The position numbers and the translations under genes were made by a program. Source: Candidatus Woesearchaeota archaeon (GTDB lineage Archaea > Nanobdellota > Nanobdellia > Woesearchaeales > UBA11576). From it: a stretch of 64,000 nucleotides of DNA. How positions within the stretch are numbered: the first letter of the stretch is position 1; every line of letters begins with the position of its first letter. The DNA lies in contig JAFGJH010000029.1 of assembly GCA_016929255.1 (NCBI GenBank), positions 375 to 64,374 of the forward strand. The letters run 5' to 3'. The notes below the pieces were generated by a model, which was not told the DNA's origin, did no database searches, and saw nothing but the letters and a program-made list of their open reading frames with translations. Positions 28,946-38,417 of this stretch are shown here, piece after piece.

Positions 28946-30469
28946 TCATATCCTGAAGCACATGTCGAACATGGCCTTTCTCGCGCGCCTGAAGTCGGTG
29001 GTGTATGCTCTGTCGTAGCCGACATCAGAGATATTCATCATGTTCAGCCACTCGCGCTCACCGCGGTTGGCGGTCTTCACATCACCATCCTCTTTCCTCA
29101 AGACCAATACCTGGCCCTGCACCTTCTGCTCAAAATCTATCTGGTCATGCAGCGGGAAGACAAAAGGGTTGAGGACCCTGCTGCCCTCATCCAGCTCATG
29201 CTTCATGTAATCGCAGGCGAGCGCCACGACATGCATGTCCGCGTATGATGCCTTGTACTGGCTCCTCCGGTGCATCACAGCCATGTAGCGCGAATCATCG
29301 CACCCGCAATGGCAGTCGAGGTCAGGCCACATAGAATAAGCCTTCGCAGGCATGCTCCTGTAAGAAGGTATGCCGCTGACCCAGGGATCATGGTTCGTCC
29401 TCGAGCCTGACTTGGACATCACAGCGCCGGTCGCTGCATGGGCGCGGCTGTCCCTGAGGCCAGTCACCTCCCGTTTCTTCACGTCAAAACCGTGGCTCTC
29501 AAGATACCCCAAGAACGCAGAGTAGAGATGGATGCGCATCCCCATCGAGTCGTTCGTCGTCAGCAATACCTTGGGGTGATGGACGTCGAATCCCCTGAAA
29601 GTGATTGTAAAGTAATCCTTGCAGTCTGAAAGAGCATCAAAAGCCCTTTTGTAGAACTGTTCGGGCGTGAGCCTGTTCTCCTCGAACTCCACCCGGGTCT
29701 TGCTCCGCGGAATGAGATAGACCCTCTCGAAAGAAGGCAGGCTGTCGACTATCCTCTCGGCGAGCGACTGCAGATTGCGGTCCTGCATCATCCGGACAGC
29801 CTTTCTCCTCGCACCAGCATACTTTTTTTCCCCGCTCTTCAACAGCCGGTCAAGCTTAAGGCCAAACCTCTTCTCAATCTCCTTACTGACATTGTACCTT
29901 ATGAAAGCGTCGACAGACTCTTCACGCGAAGGCTTCACGTCCTTGATGAGCCTCTGCGAGAAAGGGGCGGGCAGCTCAAACCTGCTGTCAAGCAGCACGA
30001 CCTGGTAATCCGCGGCGTTGCGGATGGCTCCTGCTGCATCTTTCCTGCCATTGACATCCACCACAACGCCTGCGTCCCTCAACCTCTGGATGAGATTCTG
30101 ATAATTGCTGACCTTGCCAAGTTCCGGCAATGGCGCGAGAGCCTGCTCCAGCGGGATCCCCGCATCAACATTCCTAAGGATGTTCTCCAGAAGCCTCTTT
30201 GTAGACCTACGGTTCTTCAAGGCCTGCCTCGCAGCGAGGTTCGCCGGGTTGACCCCAAGATCGTGCACTTCCTGCTTTATCTCTGCCTCAAGCCTGCTGA
30301 TGCCATTTCCGATAGTCCCGCGCTCATTGCCTTCATAAAGCCTAAGCCTTCCTACCACCTTGTCAAGGCGCTCATTGTAGCGCCTGATTGCATTAAGAAC
30401 TATGTCCTGCCTTTCAGGCATTTCCAGCACCCTCCGGCGGACTTTGTCTGGATCTATCGCCCCAACCAT
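28946..30469 (-). CDS. hypothetical protein (507 aa) with C-terminal Cys/His cluster
   Basis: Long ORF; C-terminal HDPW...DLDCHCGCDD...H looks like a metal-binding motif. No family recognised by eye. Confidence 0.5.
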   Translation of the reverse strand: MVGAIDPDKVRRRVLEMPERQDIVLNAIRRYNERLDKVVGRLRLYEGNERGTIGNGISRLEAEIKQEVHDLGVNPANLAARQALKNRRSTKRLLENILRNVDAGIPLEQALAPLPELGKVSNYQNLIQRLRDAGVVVDVNGRKDAAGAIRNAADYQVVLLDSRFELPAPFSQRLIKDVKPSREESVDAFIRYNVSKEIEKRFGLKLDRLLKSGEKKYAGARRKAVRMMQDRNLQSLAERIVDSLPSFERVYLIPRSKTRVEFEENRLTPEQFYKRAFDALSDCKDYFTITFRGFDVHHPKVLLTTNDSMGMRIHLYSAFLGYLESHGFDVKKREVTGLRDSRAHAATGAVMSKSGSRTNHDPWVSGIPSYRSMPAKAYSMWPDLDCHCGCDDSRYMAVMHRRSQYKASYADMHVVALACDYMKHELDEGSRVLNPFVFPLHDQIDFEQKVQGQVLVLRKEDGDVKTANRGEREWLNMMNISDVGYDRAYTTDFRRARKAMFDMCFRI

Positions 30470-30506
30470 GCATCATTATAGGTGTGGAAAATATATTAAT
30501 TATTGT

Positions 30507-30522
30507 GGTGAACTTGTTCACC
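30507..30522. promoter_or_regulatory. inverted repeat (GGTGAAC-TT-GTTCACC) in a divergent promoter region
   Basis: 7-bp perfect inverted arms with a 2-nt spacer, between the minus-strand start at 30469 and the plus-strand start at 30536; candidate operator for the adjacent HTH regulator. Confidence 0.4.
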
Positions 30523-30535
30523 TCCAAAAAATGTC

Positions 30536-31216
30536 ATGTTTTTGGGAAGGTTTATAAATGCCTGCAGAAAAAGGCTCTGCATGCCAGAGGAGACCAAGAA
30601 GAAAAGCGTAGAACACATTGTGGACGACGCAATAAAGCCCGTACTAGGGGTAAGCATAGACGATCTCAACAGGGACATCTCAGAGAAACTGTCAAAAAGC
30701 CCGTTACTGTCCTTTGACATAGACACCAAGCTCAGCTTCAAGAAAGCGAAGAAAAAGTTCAAGCAGCAGTTCCTCTCGCGGCTGCTCAAGGTGACATACG
30801 GAAACATATCAGAAGTGGCAAAACGCGCCCGTGTTGACAGGCGCAGCATACACCGGATAGTCAAGGACGCAGGCATCGATGTCGCGAAGATACGCGAAGA
30901 GATGATTAAGCCTTACCAGATAAGGCAGAAAGCTGTCGGCAGCGTTATAGAAGATGTGCTTGAGCACTACAAGACAATCATACACCCTGAAAGGATGGCA
31001 GAGGTGTACAAGAGCGTAGACACAGTATCCAAGGAGATACTCGACGAGCTTCCAGAGAAACCAATATCCCTGAAAGAGGCGGAAGAGGAGTTTGAGAAGG
31101 AATACCTCAGGAAGGTGCTGGCAGAAGAGTCCGGCAATGTGACAAAGACGGCGCGCAAGATAGGCCTCAGGTACGAGACATTGCTGCGCAAGCTGAAGGC
31201 TCTGGGATTGAGATGA
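30536..31216 (+). CDS. DNA-binding protein with two tandem Fis-type helix-turn-helix domains
   Basis: KFKQQFLSRLLKVTYGNISEVAKRARVDRRSIHRIVKDAGI and FEKEYLRKVLAEESGNVTKTARKIGLRYETLLRKLKALGL are both classic Fis/NtrC-C-terminal HTH signatures. An alternative in-frame start lies at 30581. Confidence 0.65.
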   Translation: MFLGRFINACRKRLCMPEETKKKSVEHIVDDAIKPVLGVSIDDLNRDISEKLSKSPLLSFDIDTKLSFKKAKKKFKQQFLSRLLKVTYGNISEVAKRARVDRRSIHRIVKDAGIDVAKIREEMIKPYQIRQKAVGSVIEDVLEHYKTIIHPERMAEVYKSVDTVSKEILDELPEKPISLKEAEEEFEKEYLRKVLAEESGNVTKTARKIGLRYETLLRKLKALGLR

Positions 31217-31428
31217 AAAGGACCAGACACACACTCATAACAGCAGAGATCCTCGGCTTCTTCATGATAATCATAGGAGTGCTGGGGTTAATGACCGGCA
31301 GGAGGGTGTTCACCATCGCAGCAATCATGCTTTTTTGCCTGATACTTGCAGTGGCGGCGATGTTCGCGGTTTTTGCAGCCACATCAGTCAAAGAGCATAA
31401 GGCGAACAAAACCCATAAGAAGAAGTGA
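31213..31428 (+). CDS. small 2-TM membrane protein
   Basis: ILGFFMIIIGVLGLMTG and IAAIMLFCLILAVAAMFAVFAA, with a KKK tail; ATGA overlap with the upstream gene. Confidence 0.4.
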   Translation: MKRTRHTLITAEILGFFMIIIGVLGLMTGRRVFTIAAIMLFCLILAVAAMFAVFAATSVKEHKANKTHKKK

Positions 31429-31467
31429 TTAAATTTATATACTGAACAGAAAATTTTTGACTGATAG

Positions 31468-31489
31468 GGGCTCGTAGCTCAGCCTGGTA
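31468..31489 (+). other. 22-nt exact duplicate of the 5' end of the downstream tRNA-Ala gene (tRNA fragment, possible att-site remnant or split-tRNA 5' piece)
   Basis: gggctcgtagctcagcctggta at 31468-31489 is identical to 31602-31623. Downstream of the first copy there is no D-stem partner, anticodon arm or acceptor 3' strand; instead GC-rich hairpins follow (31490-31600). Confidence 0.5.
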
Positions 31490-31601
31490 ACGCGGCACGG
31501 CATCGCTCCGTGCACACGCGAACCCGGTCCCATCTCGCGAAGCTCGATGGGACGCTGCAGCAAATAACCCGCGAAATCATTTAACAAAATCATTTCAACA
31601 T

Positions 31602-31705
31602 GGGCTCGTAGCTCAGCCTGGTAGAGCGTCCCGTTCGCAACGGGGAGGCCTCGGGTTCAAAAGACAGCAATGCGGATTGCTGAACTGAAAGTCCCGACGA
31701 GTCCA
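31602..31705 (+). tRNA. tRNA-Ala (anticodon CGC) with about 30-nt intron in the T-loop
   Basis: Acceptor GGGCUCG/CGAGUCC with the G3:U70 Ala identity pair; D-arm GCUC-AGCCUGGUA-GAGC; anticodon arm UCCCG-UUCGCAA-CGGGG; variable AGGCC; T-stem UCGGG/CCCGA. The T-loop is UUCAAA + AGACAGCAAUGCGGAUUGCUGAACUGAAAG + U, i.e. a non-canonical intron near position 59/60. Confidence 0.8.
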
Positions 31706-31709
31706 CTTT

Positions 31710-31809
31710 GGGGCATTAGTGTAGCTTGGACGGCAAGCGTTGCTCTGCCGGAGCAATATCACTGGCGGTTCGGGGCCGCCCGACCGGGGTTCAAATCCTC
31801 GATGCCCCA
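31710..31809 (+). tRNA. tRNA-Gly (anticodon GCC) with atypical D-arm and about 23-nt insertion (probable intron) in the variable region
   Basis: Acceptor GGGGCAU/AUGCCCC; anticodon arm UUGCU-CUGCCGG-AGCAA; canonical T-arm CGGGG-UUCAAAU-CCUCG. A 28-nt segment UAUCACUGGCGGUUCGGGGCCGCCCGAC sits between the anticodon stem and the T-stem and forms a hairpin. Only 4 nt separate it from tRNA-Ala. Confidence 0.7.
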
Positions 31810-32148
31810 TTTTTATTCCTTTTCGACACCAGAATGAATAATGAACTTATAGGCTTTCTATTGGTTGATATCCTTGGTTTTCTTGTTCTGGGATTTGTTG
31901 CTCATCTCCGGGCAAAACTTGATTTTTGTCCCAAATTGGCGGAATCAGTGCCAATAAGGACTTTCGATACCCGAATATCATGGATATAGCCCCTGAGAAT
32001 ATAAATGTTGTCCGGGAAAGGAGGATTTTCGATGCCTGGATGGTCTTGTTTATTATTATGACACTTAGAAATGACTAAAGTAGAACGCAGACTCCTACGA
32101 AACGTTTTTATATAGACTTGCTCTAAAAGCCCCAAAAGAGGTGTTAAA

Positions 32149-35100
32149 TTGGTTGTTGATGGTCAGAAGGCTGAAGCATACATAAAACAGGTTTTAGAAA
32201 AACTGAATCGTAAATATTCAGAGAAGACGTTTAGAACTCCTTTTGAAAACTTTATCAATTCATTGAGTCCAGATTATTCGCTTCAACAAGAGATAACGGA
32301 TGAAGGAATTGGAACACCAGACTTCAAAGCATTCTATAAAAATCACAAAGTGGGTTATATTGAAACTAAGGATTTTAATGCCACTCTTAAATTAGACACT
32401 GAGCAAATAAAACGGTATGTTGACTATGAGAATAACCTCTTGCTTACCAATTATGTTAAGTTTGTACTAATACGAAAAGGAAGAACAATACAGACTGCAA
32501 CGCTATTCTATCCCGAGATTAATTCTAAGAACAAAAGCCAAAAATTAAATCGGAAACACTTAGATGATGTTTTGACCCTCATTTCAGAATTCTTCGGATT
32601 TCCAATAACTCCAATCCAGTCAGCAAAAGAGTTGGCAGTCGAACTCGCAAAAAAAGCTAAATGGCTAAACTTGTTGTCTCAAGAGCAACTCGAGCTCGAA
32701 AGAACTCTCCCCAGAGATAAACGAGGTAGTATTTCTGAGTTCGAGATAGGACTTAAAGAGCTAATCGGAGATTACGAACAAGATATCAACTTTGGAGAAG
32801 CGTATGCAGAAACAATTACGTACGGACTCTTTTTAGCCAAGCTAGAATTAGGAAATAATAAAACACTGGATAAAAACACCGCGTATCAATTCATCCCTCC
32901 ACAAATAAAAGTCATCAAAAGAATTTTTAGGAACATAACCGACCCAGGAGAGCTTCCGCAGTCTCTCTCATGGGTGGTTGATGATATAATAGATATTCTC
33001 AATCTTACTGACTTAAATAAGTTCATTGCAGAGTTCCATGTGGATGGAGAAATATTCAGAGATCCATTTTTCCATTTTTATGAGGATTTTTTATCTGAGT
33101 TTAATCCAGTAAGAAGAAAGAAGATGGGGGTCTACTATACCCCCATCCCTATAGTTAAATTTATTGTCCGCTCAACAAATAGCATATTAAAGAAAGAGTT
33201 TCATCAAAAACTAGGATTTGCAACTGAAAACGTTCATACGCTGGATCCGTGTGTAGGAACTGGAACTTTCTGCGTATTGGCGATAATGGAAGGAATAAGT
33301 GAGTTGAAAAAACACAAATTGATGGGTTTGAAAAAAAGTAAAATAAAGAACCACTTCCTAAAGAGATTTTTTGGTTTTGAGATTTTAGTGTCGCCTTACA
33401 TAATTGCTCATATGAAGATTGGAGAATTACTTGAACAAGATAAATATGAGTTAGGTGTGGATGAACGAATACCTGTTTATTTAACAAACACACTGGAACT
33501 GCATCCTGAAGAAGGTCACGAACTATCTCCGTTTCTTACTGTAATTAAGAATGAAGTTCATACTGCAAATGAGATTAAGACCAAGAAACCGCTTCTTGTA
33601 GTAATGGGTAATCCGCCTTATTCAAGCAGTAGCTTTAATGATAAAAAATGGATTAAGAAGAAAATTGAGGATTATAAAGAAGGATTAAATGAAAGAAAAC
33701 TCGGAGATCTTGATGACGATTACGTTAAGTTCATACGGTTTGCTCAGTGGGAGATTGAAAGACAAGGCAAAGGTGTTGTTGCTTTTATAACTAGCAACGG
33801 GTATCTTGAAGGAATAACTTTTCGAAAAATGCGTGAAAATCTGTGCAAGACATTTGATAAAATATATATCTTAAACTTACATGGAAACTCTAGAATAGGT
33901 GAGCATTCTCCTGACGGCTCAAAAGATGAAAATCCATTTAACATCCAGACGGGTGTTGCAATTGGTTTGTTTGTGAGAAATTCTGAAAAACCAAAGAAAA
34001 TTGCAGATGTCTACTACTTTAATGAGTATGGGCTCCGCGATCTAAAACTTAAGTTCTTGAATAAGAATATGGTTGACACAGTTAAATGGAAAAAACTTGA
34101 TATGTTTGATGAGAATTTCTGGTTTGTTCCTAAGGATCATTCAACTTACAAAAAATATGCTGAGTTTTTCGAGGTTAGACATATTTTCAAAGAGTATAGT
34201 AGTGGTGTAGAAACTAAACGAGATAATTTTGTTATAGACTTTGAAAAAAAAGAACTGATTGATAGACTTACTAAATTTGCTAATACTGACGAACGTGTTG
34301 ATGTTACGAGACGTATTTTCGGGCTTTCTTCAAAAAGTGATTTGGATGTGGTTGGTGCTCAGAAGTTCTTGAAGAGCAATAAATATAAGTTATCAGATTT
34401 TGTTATAAAATATAACTACAGACCCTTTGATGAACGGTTATTATTTTATAAAGAATCTCTTGTTAGTAGAACAAGATTGCCATTTATGAACAGTTTATTA
34501 TTGCCAAATATTGCTCTGAATTTATGTAGACAAGTCAGACCGTCTCACCCATTTAATCATGTTTTTGTCACTAACAACGTTACTGATAGGATTTTGTTAT
34601 CAAATACAACCTCTGAGTGTAGCTTTGTTTTCCCTCTGTATATCTATGAAAAAGAAACGCAGTTGAAACTAGGCTCACAGAAATCAAAAACAGGAAAGAA
34701 ACAAATTAATTTTACAGAGGAGTTCAAAACGTTCTTAAAAAATGAATACAAAAAAGATGTCGCACCAGAAACTGTAATGGGTTACATATATGCCATACTA
34801 AATTCCTGCAAATATAAGACAGAGTTTCAAGAAGCATTACGAACTGACTTTCCGAGGGTTTACTTTGTCAAGAGTTTGAAGAAATTTATAAAGATTGCCG
34901 AATTAGGTTCTGAGCTAGTTGATCTTCACCTTTTGAAAAAGAAGAAACTGAACAGGGTCGGAACTTTTGAAGGAAAAGGAAACAACTCTGTTGAAAAGAT
35001 AATATATAAAGATGATAAAATATTCATAAACAAAAATCAATACTTTGGCAAAATCAGTAAGGACTTATGGGAGTTCAAGATTGGAATATATCCTGTATTA

Positions 35101-35241
35101 AATAAATGGCTCTATTACCGAAAAGGTAGAACGTTATCAAATAATGATGTCGAGACGTTTATTGATATAGTCAGCAATATCTCTGAAACAATCAAGATAT
35201 TAACAGAAATAGACAAAATAGACATTTTTAAAGGAGAATAA
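32149..35241 (+). CDS. single-polypeptide type IIG/IIL restriction-modification enzyme (MmeI-like: N-terminal PD-ExK nuclease + gamma-class N6-adenine methyltransferase + C-terminal target-recognition region)
   Basis: TTG start with AAGAGGTG Shine-Dalgarno and an upstream TATA. N-terminal GTPDFKAFYKNHKVGYIETKD (D...E.K nuclease motif). Methyltransferase motifs VYYTPIPIV (motif X), LDPCVGTGTF (motif I), VVMGNPPYS (motif IV NPPY). About 400-aa C-terminal region; 1030 aa. Confidence 0.65.
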   Translation: MVVDGQKAEAYIKQVLEKLNRKYSEKTFRTPFENFINSLSPDYSLQQEITDEGIGTPDFKAFYKNHKVGYIETKDFNATLKLDTEQIKRYVDYENNLLLTNYVKFVLIRKGRTIQTATLFYPEINSKNKSQKLNRKHLDDVLTLISEFFGFPITPIQSAKELAVELAKKAKWLNLLSQEQLELERTLPRDKRGSISEFEIGLKELIGDYEQDINFGEAYAETITYGLFLAKLELGNNKTLDKNTAYQFIPPQIKVIKRIFRNITDPGELPQSLSWVVDDIIDILNLTDLNKFIAEFHVDGEIFRDPFFHFYEDFLSEFNPVRRKKMGVYYTPIPIVKFIVRSTNSILKKEFHQKLGFATENVHTLDPCVGTGTFCVLAIMEGISELKKHKLMGLKKSKIKNHFLKRFFGFEILVSPYIIAHMKIGELLEQDKYELGVDERIPVYLTNTLELHPEEGHELSPFLTVIKNEVHTANEIKTKKPLLVVMGNPPYSSSSFNDKKWIKKKIEDYKEGLNERKLGDLDDDYVKFIRFAQWEIERQGKGVVAFITSNGYLEGITFRKMRENLCKTFDKIYILNLHGNSRIGEHSPDGSKDENPFNIQTGVAIGLFVRNSEKPKKIADVYYFNEYGLRDLKLKFLNKNMVDTVKWKKLDMFDENFWFVPKDHSTYKKYAEFFEVRHIFKEYSSGVETKRDNFVIDFEKKELIDRLTKFANTDERVDVTRRIFGLSSKSDLDVVGAQKFLKSNKYKLSDFVIKYNYRPFDERLLFYKESLVSRTRLPFMNSLLLPNIALNLCRQVRPSHPFNHVFVTNNVTDRILLSNTTSECSFVFPLYIYEKETQLKLGSQKSKTGKKQINFTEEFKTFLKNEYKKDVAPETVMGYIYAILNSCKYKTEFQEALRTDFPRVYFVKSLKKFIKIAELGSELVDLHLLKKKKLNRVGTFEGKGNNSVEKIIYKDDKIFINKNQYFGKISKDLWEFKIGIYPVLNKWLYYRKGRTLSNNDVETFIDIVSNISETIKILTEIDKIDIFKGE

Positions 35242-35258
35242 ATACCCGAGGTTGAATC

Positions 35259-36356
35259 TTGTCTGAATTCACATCCGAATCTGTAACGGAAGGCCACCCA
35301 GATAAAATCTGTGATCAAATCAGCGATGCTGTTCTTGATGCATGCTTAAAACAGGACAGAAAGTCTCGAGTGGCATGTGAAGTTTTTGCAACTGGCAACC
35401 ACCTAATCCTGGGTGGAGAAATCACTTCTAAGGCTAAGATAAATCCTGAAGCCATTGCTAGACGAATAATTAAGAGAATAGGTTACACATCACAGGATAT
35501 GGGCTATTCTTATGACTCAGTAAATATCCAGAACTTAATACAGAAACAGTCTCCAGAAATCTCAATAGGGGTTGATAAAGGGGGTGCAGGAGATTCTGGT
35601 CTAATGTTCGGGTATGCTACAAACGAGACCAAAGAGTTAATGCCTTTACCAATTCTCCTTGCTCATAAACTAGCTAAACAATTAGCAGATATGCGCCGTT
35701 CGAAGTTGAGATATCTAAGACCTGATGGTAAGGTTCAGGTGACTGTTGATTACGAAAATAAGACTCCTAAATCTGTTAGTGCAATAGTTGTATCTGCACA
35801 ACACACCTCAGAAATTTCTCTCAAGAAACTCAGAGATGACTTAGAGAAACATGTTATTAAACCAGTTTGTTCCAAGTACATGACAAAAAAAACTGAGTTG
35901 ATGATAAATCCAGCAGGGAAATTTACTATTGGAGGACCCGTTGCGGATACTGGACTTACCGGAAGAAAACCTGGAGTTGACACCTATGGAGGTATAGCTG
36001 CGCATGGTGGAGGTGGCTTTTCTGGAAAAGATCCTACCAAAGTGGATAGATCTGGAGCATATATGGCCCGATATGTTGCCAAAAGTATCGTTTCCTCAAG
36101 ATTGGCTGATAAGTGTGAGATTCAATTGGCTTATGCAATAGGTAAAGCACAACCAGTCTCTTTACTAATTGATACACAAGGAACGAATAAGATTCCTGTT
36201 CAGGAGATATATGGGATAGTCAAACGTAAATTTGACTTCACACCTAACGAGATAATAAGAAAGTTGAATCTACTTAACCCGATATATGAAAAAACTGCTG
36301 CGTATGGGCATTTTGGAAGACCTAGTTTCTCTTGGGAACAATGTTGTAAACTCTAG
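35259..36356 (+). CDS. metK: S-adenosylmethionine synthetase, bacterial/eukaryotic MetK type
   Basis: [57 protein letters not shown] are canonical MAT motifs. TTG start 18 nt after the upstream stop. Archaea normally use a distinct archaeal-type MAT. Confidence 0.85.
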   Translation: MSEFTSESVTEGHPDKICDQISDAVLDACLKQDRKSRVACEVFATGNHLILGGEITSKAKINPEAIARRIIKRIGYTSQDMGYSYDSVNIQNLIQKQSPEISIGVDKGGAGDSGLMFGYATNETKELMPLPILLAHKLAKQLADMRRSKLRYLRPDGKVQVTVDYENKTPKSVSAIVVSAQHTSEISLKKLRDDLEKHVIKPVCSKYMTKKTELMINPAGKFTIGGPVADTGLTGRKPGVDTYGGIAAHGGGGFSGKDPTKVDRSGAYMARYVAKSIVSSRLADKCEIQLAYAIGKAQPVSLLIDTQGTNKIPVQEIYGIVKRKFDFTPNEIIRKLNLLNPIYEKTAAYGHFGRPSFSWEQCCKL

Positions 36357-36555
36357 TCTTTTGAGTACCATCCGCAGTACCAACAATCACCTTATACATC
36401 TCATCAAACCTCTTCTCGAAGACGAAGTCCTTGTCCAGGGCTGTGTATCTGAGATAGCTCGCTAATGACTTGTGCCCCTTGGCCTGGGCGTTGTTCTGGA
36501 TTCTCTCGTATTGGGATTGAGTTACCCTGAACAATATCATCCGTGTTTTGGCCAT
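36322..36555 (-). CDS. MobC-like ribbon-helix-helix protein (plasmid mobilisation accessory protein family)
   Basis: [36 protein letters not shown] matches the MobC/RHH pattern (R...VRxTxxExxxIxxxAxxxGxSxSxYxR). Its 3' end overlaps the metK end by about 35 nt. Confidence 0.5.
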   Translation of the reverse strand: MAKTRMILFRVTQSQYERIQNNAQAKGHKSLASYLRYTALDKDFVFEKRFDEMYKVIVGTADGTQKTRVYNIVPKRN

Positions 36556-36655
36556 TGTTGGTTCCCAATAAATGCCTATTTAACCGGAGCAGTGAAACCG
36601 CTGAAAGCCCTGAATTCCGGCTTTCTGGGCGGTTTCGCCATTGATTTAATGGCGC

Positions 36656-37990
36656 TCAATGGTAATAGCATATTTCCTCCACCATTTTCTTCGCCTTTTT
36701 GGGCGTCAGAGCAAAGCTTTTCTTTCCGTCAACAAACTGCGAGTATCTTGGAAGCAGGTCTTTCTTGCAGACGTAAATCCAGCAGTCAAAGTTCTCATTC
36801 AGCCAGGCAGTCTTCTCAGCAAGGTCATCCAACTTGTTGGTTCCGGTCTCAATCTCAATAGCTACCTTGTAATCTTCAATGTTGAGATAGACATCAACCC
36901 GCCTGTCCTTGACCTCTTTCTCAATCTGCATGTTCTCATGCAGCTCTGCAAACAAATGCTTCATGTAGAAGTGATACGGAGTCTCCTGAGAGTCACCTCT
37001 CTGGATGTAGAAGCCTCCGCTCAAATGGCTGTCAAGCTCTTTACCTCTTATGAACTCAAAGCCCTGCTTCTGAGCGCGTATCTTCTGCTCCTTGGTCAAA
37101 TCCCGCGCTCTGTAGAAGACTTTTTCCAGTCTCTGGCCATTATACTCTAATCCTGCCTTCTTATCTACACAGAGGGCGCCAGATTTGATTTCAGACCTGA
37201 CCTGAAGAAAGACCTCAACCTCCTTCGGATCTTTCAACTGAGGCACTGAATCAATGTCATACCGAGAATAGTAATCAGTCGCTTCCTCACGTTTCCACTT
37301 CAGCCAATCCTGCTCCTCAAAATACTGCCTGGCCCTGAAGCTTGCCTCTTGCAGGACATGCTCGGAATAATCACTATTTGCAGGGATGGACTTAGGATTA
37401 CGCACCTTGATTTTGTACTGGACAAGCTCCTCAACAACATTCTCAAAACGCCTAAGTTTTTCTTCTTCTCTGCGTTTCTCCAATGCTATCCTTCTGCGCT
37501 CCTCGGCCTCTGCTTCGAGTTTTCTTTGTCTGGCCAGTTCTTCTTCAATCTGCTTCTGTTTTACAATCAATGGAGCTCTTTTACAGAGATCATCAAGAAG
37601 CTGCTGGAATTGGGCGACCTCTTCCTTCGGGTATTTCAGGAGTTTCTTTTTTATGACATCCAGCCTTGACATGACCTGAGAGGAATTAAACTGACTGAAA
37701 TCCTCGCGGGCATAGCTCTTTATCTCGTTAAGGCGCTGCAAACGCTGCTTTTCTTCTTCCTGCTTGTCTTCCTTTCTTTGATTCAACCATCTTCGTAAAT
37801 TCCACGTTATGAGGAACAAGAAGATTGATGATAAAAGTATGATTCCTATCGCAAGCCAGGGCAATGCGAGAAAAGAATTGACATCTCGCATTACTTCAAG
37901 CCCGTGTTTCTTCCAAAACACCAGGCCCGCAGCCCCTATAGCTACAGCTACAACTATGAAGACTTCTACGTTAGAATCCATATTTTTCAC
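36656..37990 (-). CDS. membrane-anchored coiled-coil protein with C-terminal PD-(D/E)xK nuclease-like domain
   Basis: Two N-terminal TM helices (VEVFIVVAVAIGAAGLVFW, WLAIGIILLSSIFLFLITW), a long E/K/R-rich coiled coil, and C-terminal HFYMKHLFAELHEN...RRVDVYLNIEDYKVAIEIETGTNK (D...E.E.K-like). Confidence 0.5.
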   Translation of the reverse strand: MKNMDSNVEVFIVVAVAIGAAGLVFWKKHGLEVMRDVNSFLALPWLAIGIILLSSIFLFLITWNLRRWLNQRKEDKQEEEKQRLQRLNEIKSYAREDFSQFNSSQVMSRLDVIKKKLLKYPKEEVAQFQQLLDDLCKRAPLIVKQKQIEEELARQRKLEAEAEERRRIALEKRREEEKLRRFENVVEELVQYKIKVRNPKSIPANSDYSEHVLQEASFRARQYFEEQDWLKWKREEATDYYSRYDIDSVPQLKDPKEVEVFLQVRSEIKSGALCVDKKAGLEYNGQRLEKVFYRARDLTKEQKIRAQKQGFEFIRGKELDSHLSGGFYIQRGDSQETPYHFYMKHLFAELHENMQIEKEVKDRRVDVYLNIEDYKVAIEIETGTNKLDDLAEKTAWLNENFDCWIYVCKKDLLPRYSQFVDGKKSFALTPKKAKKMVEEICYYH

Positions 37991-38417
37991 ATCCTACTTA
38001 CTGATTTCTAAGTATAAAAATTTTGTAATGAATTTGTAATACAATATCCGCAATCATGATTTATAAATTTTGTAATGCAAAGCGATATACAAAATCGCCT
38101 TTAAATAATTTGTAGCCCATTTGCGGGCCACATTCATAATAAGTCCTGTGAACATATTAACCTCCTTAACAAAAACTACGGCATACATACGGAATATGCC
38201 GCAGCCGATATTTGAATGTCCTTAACAACAGACATATAACGGATATATAACATAAAAAGGTCTTTAACAAAAACCATACAACAACACTACAACAACTATT
38301 ATGTCGGGAGGATATAAGAATATTAGCGGACTTTCGTGCCCACAAATCAATTAGAAACAAGCAGGTATAAAAAGAGTCGAGTCAAAAAATGCGTACAGAT
38401 TCCTGTACAGAAACACC

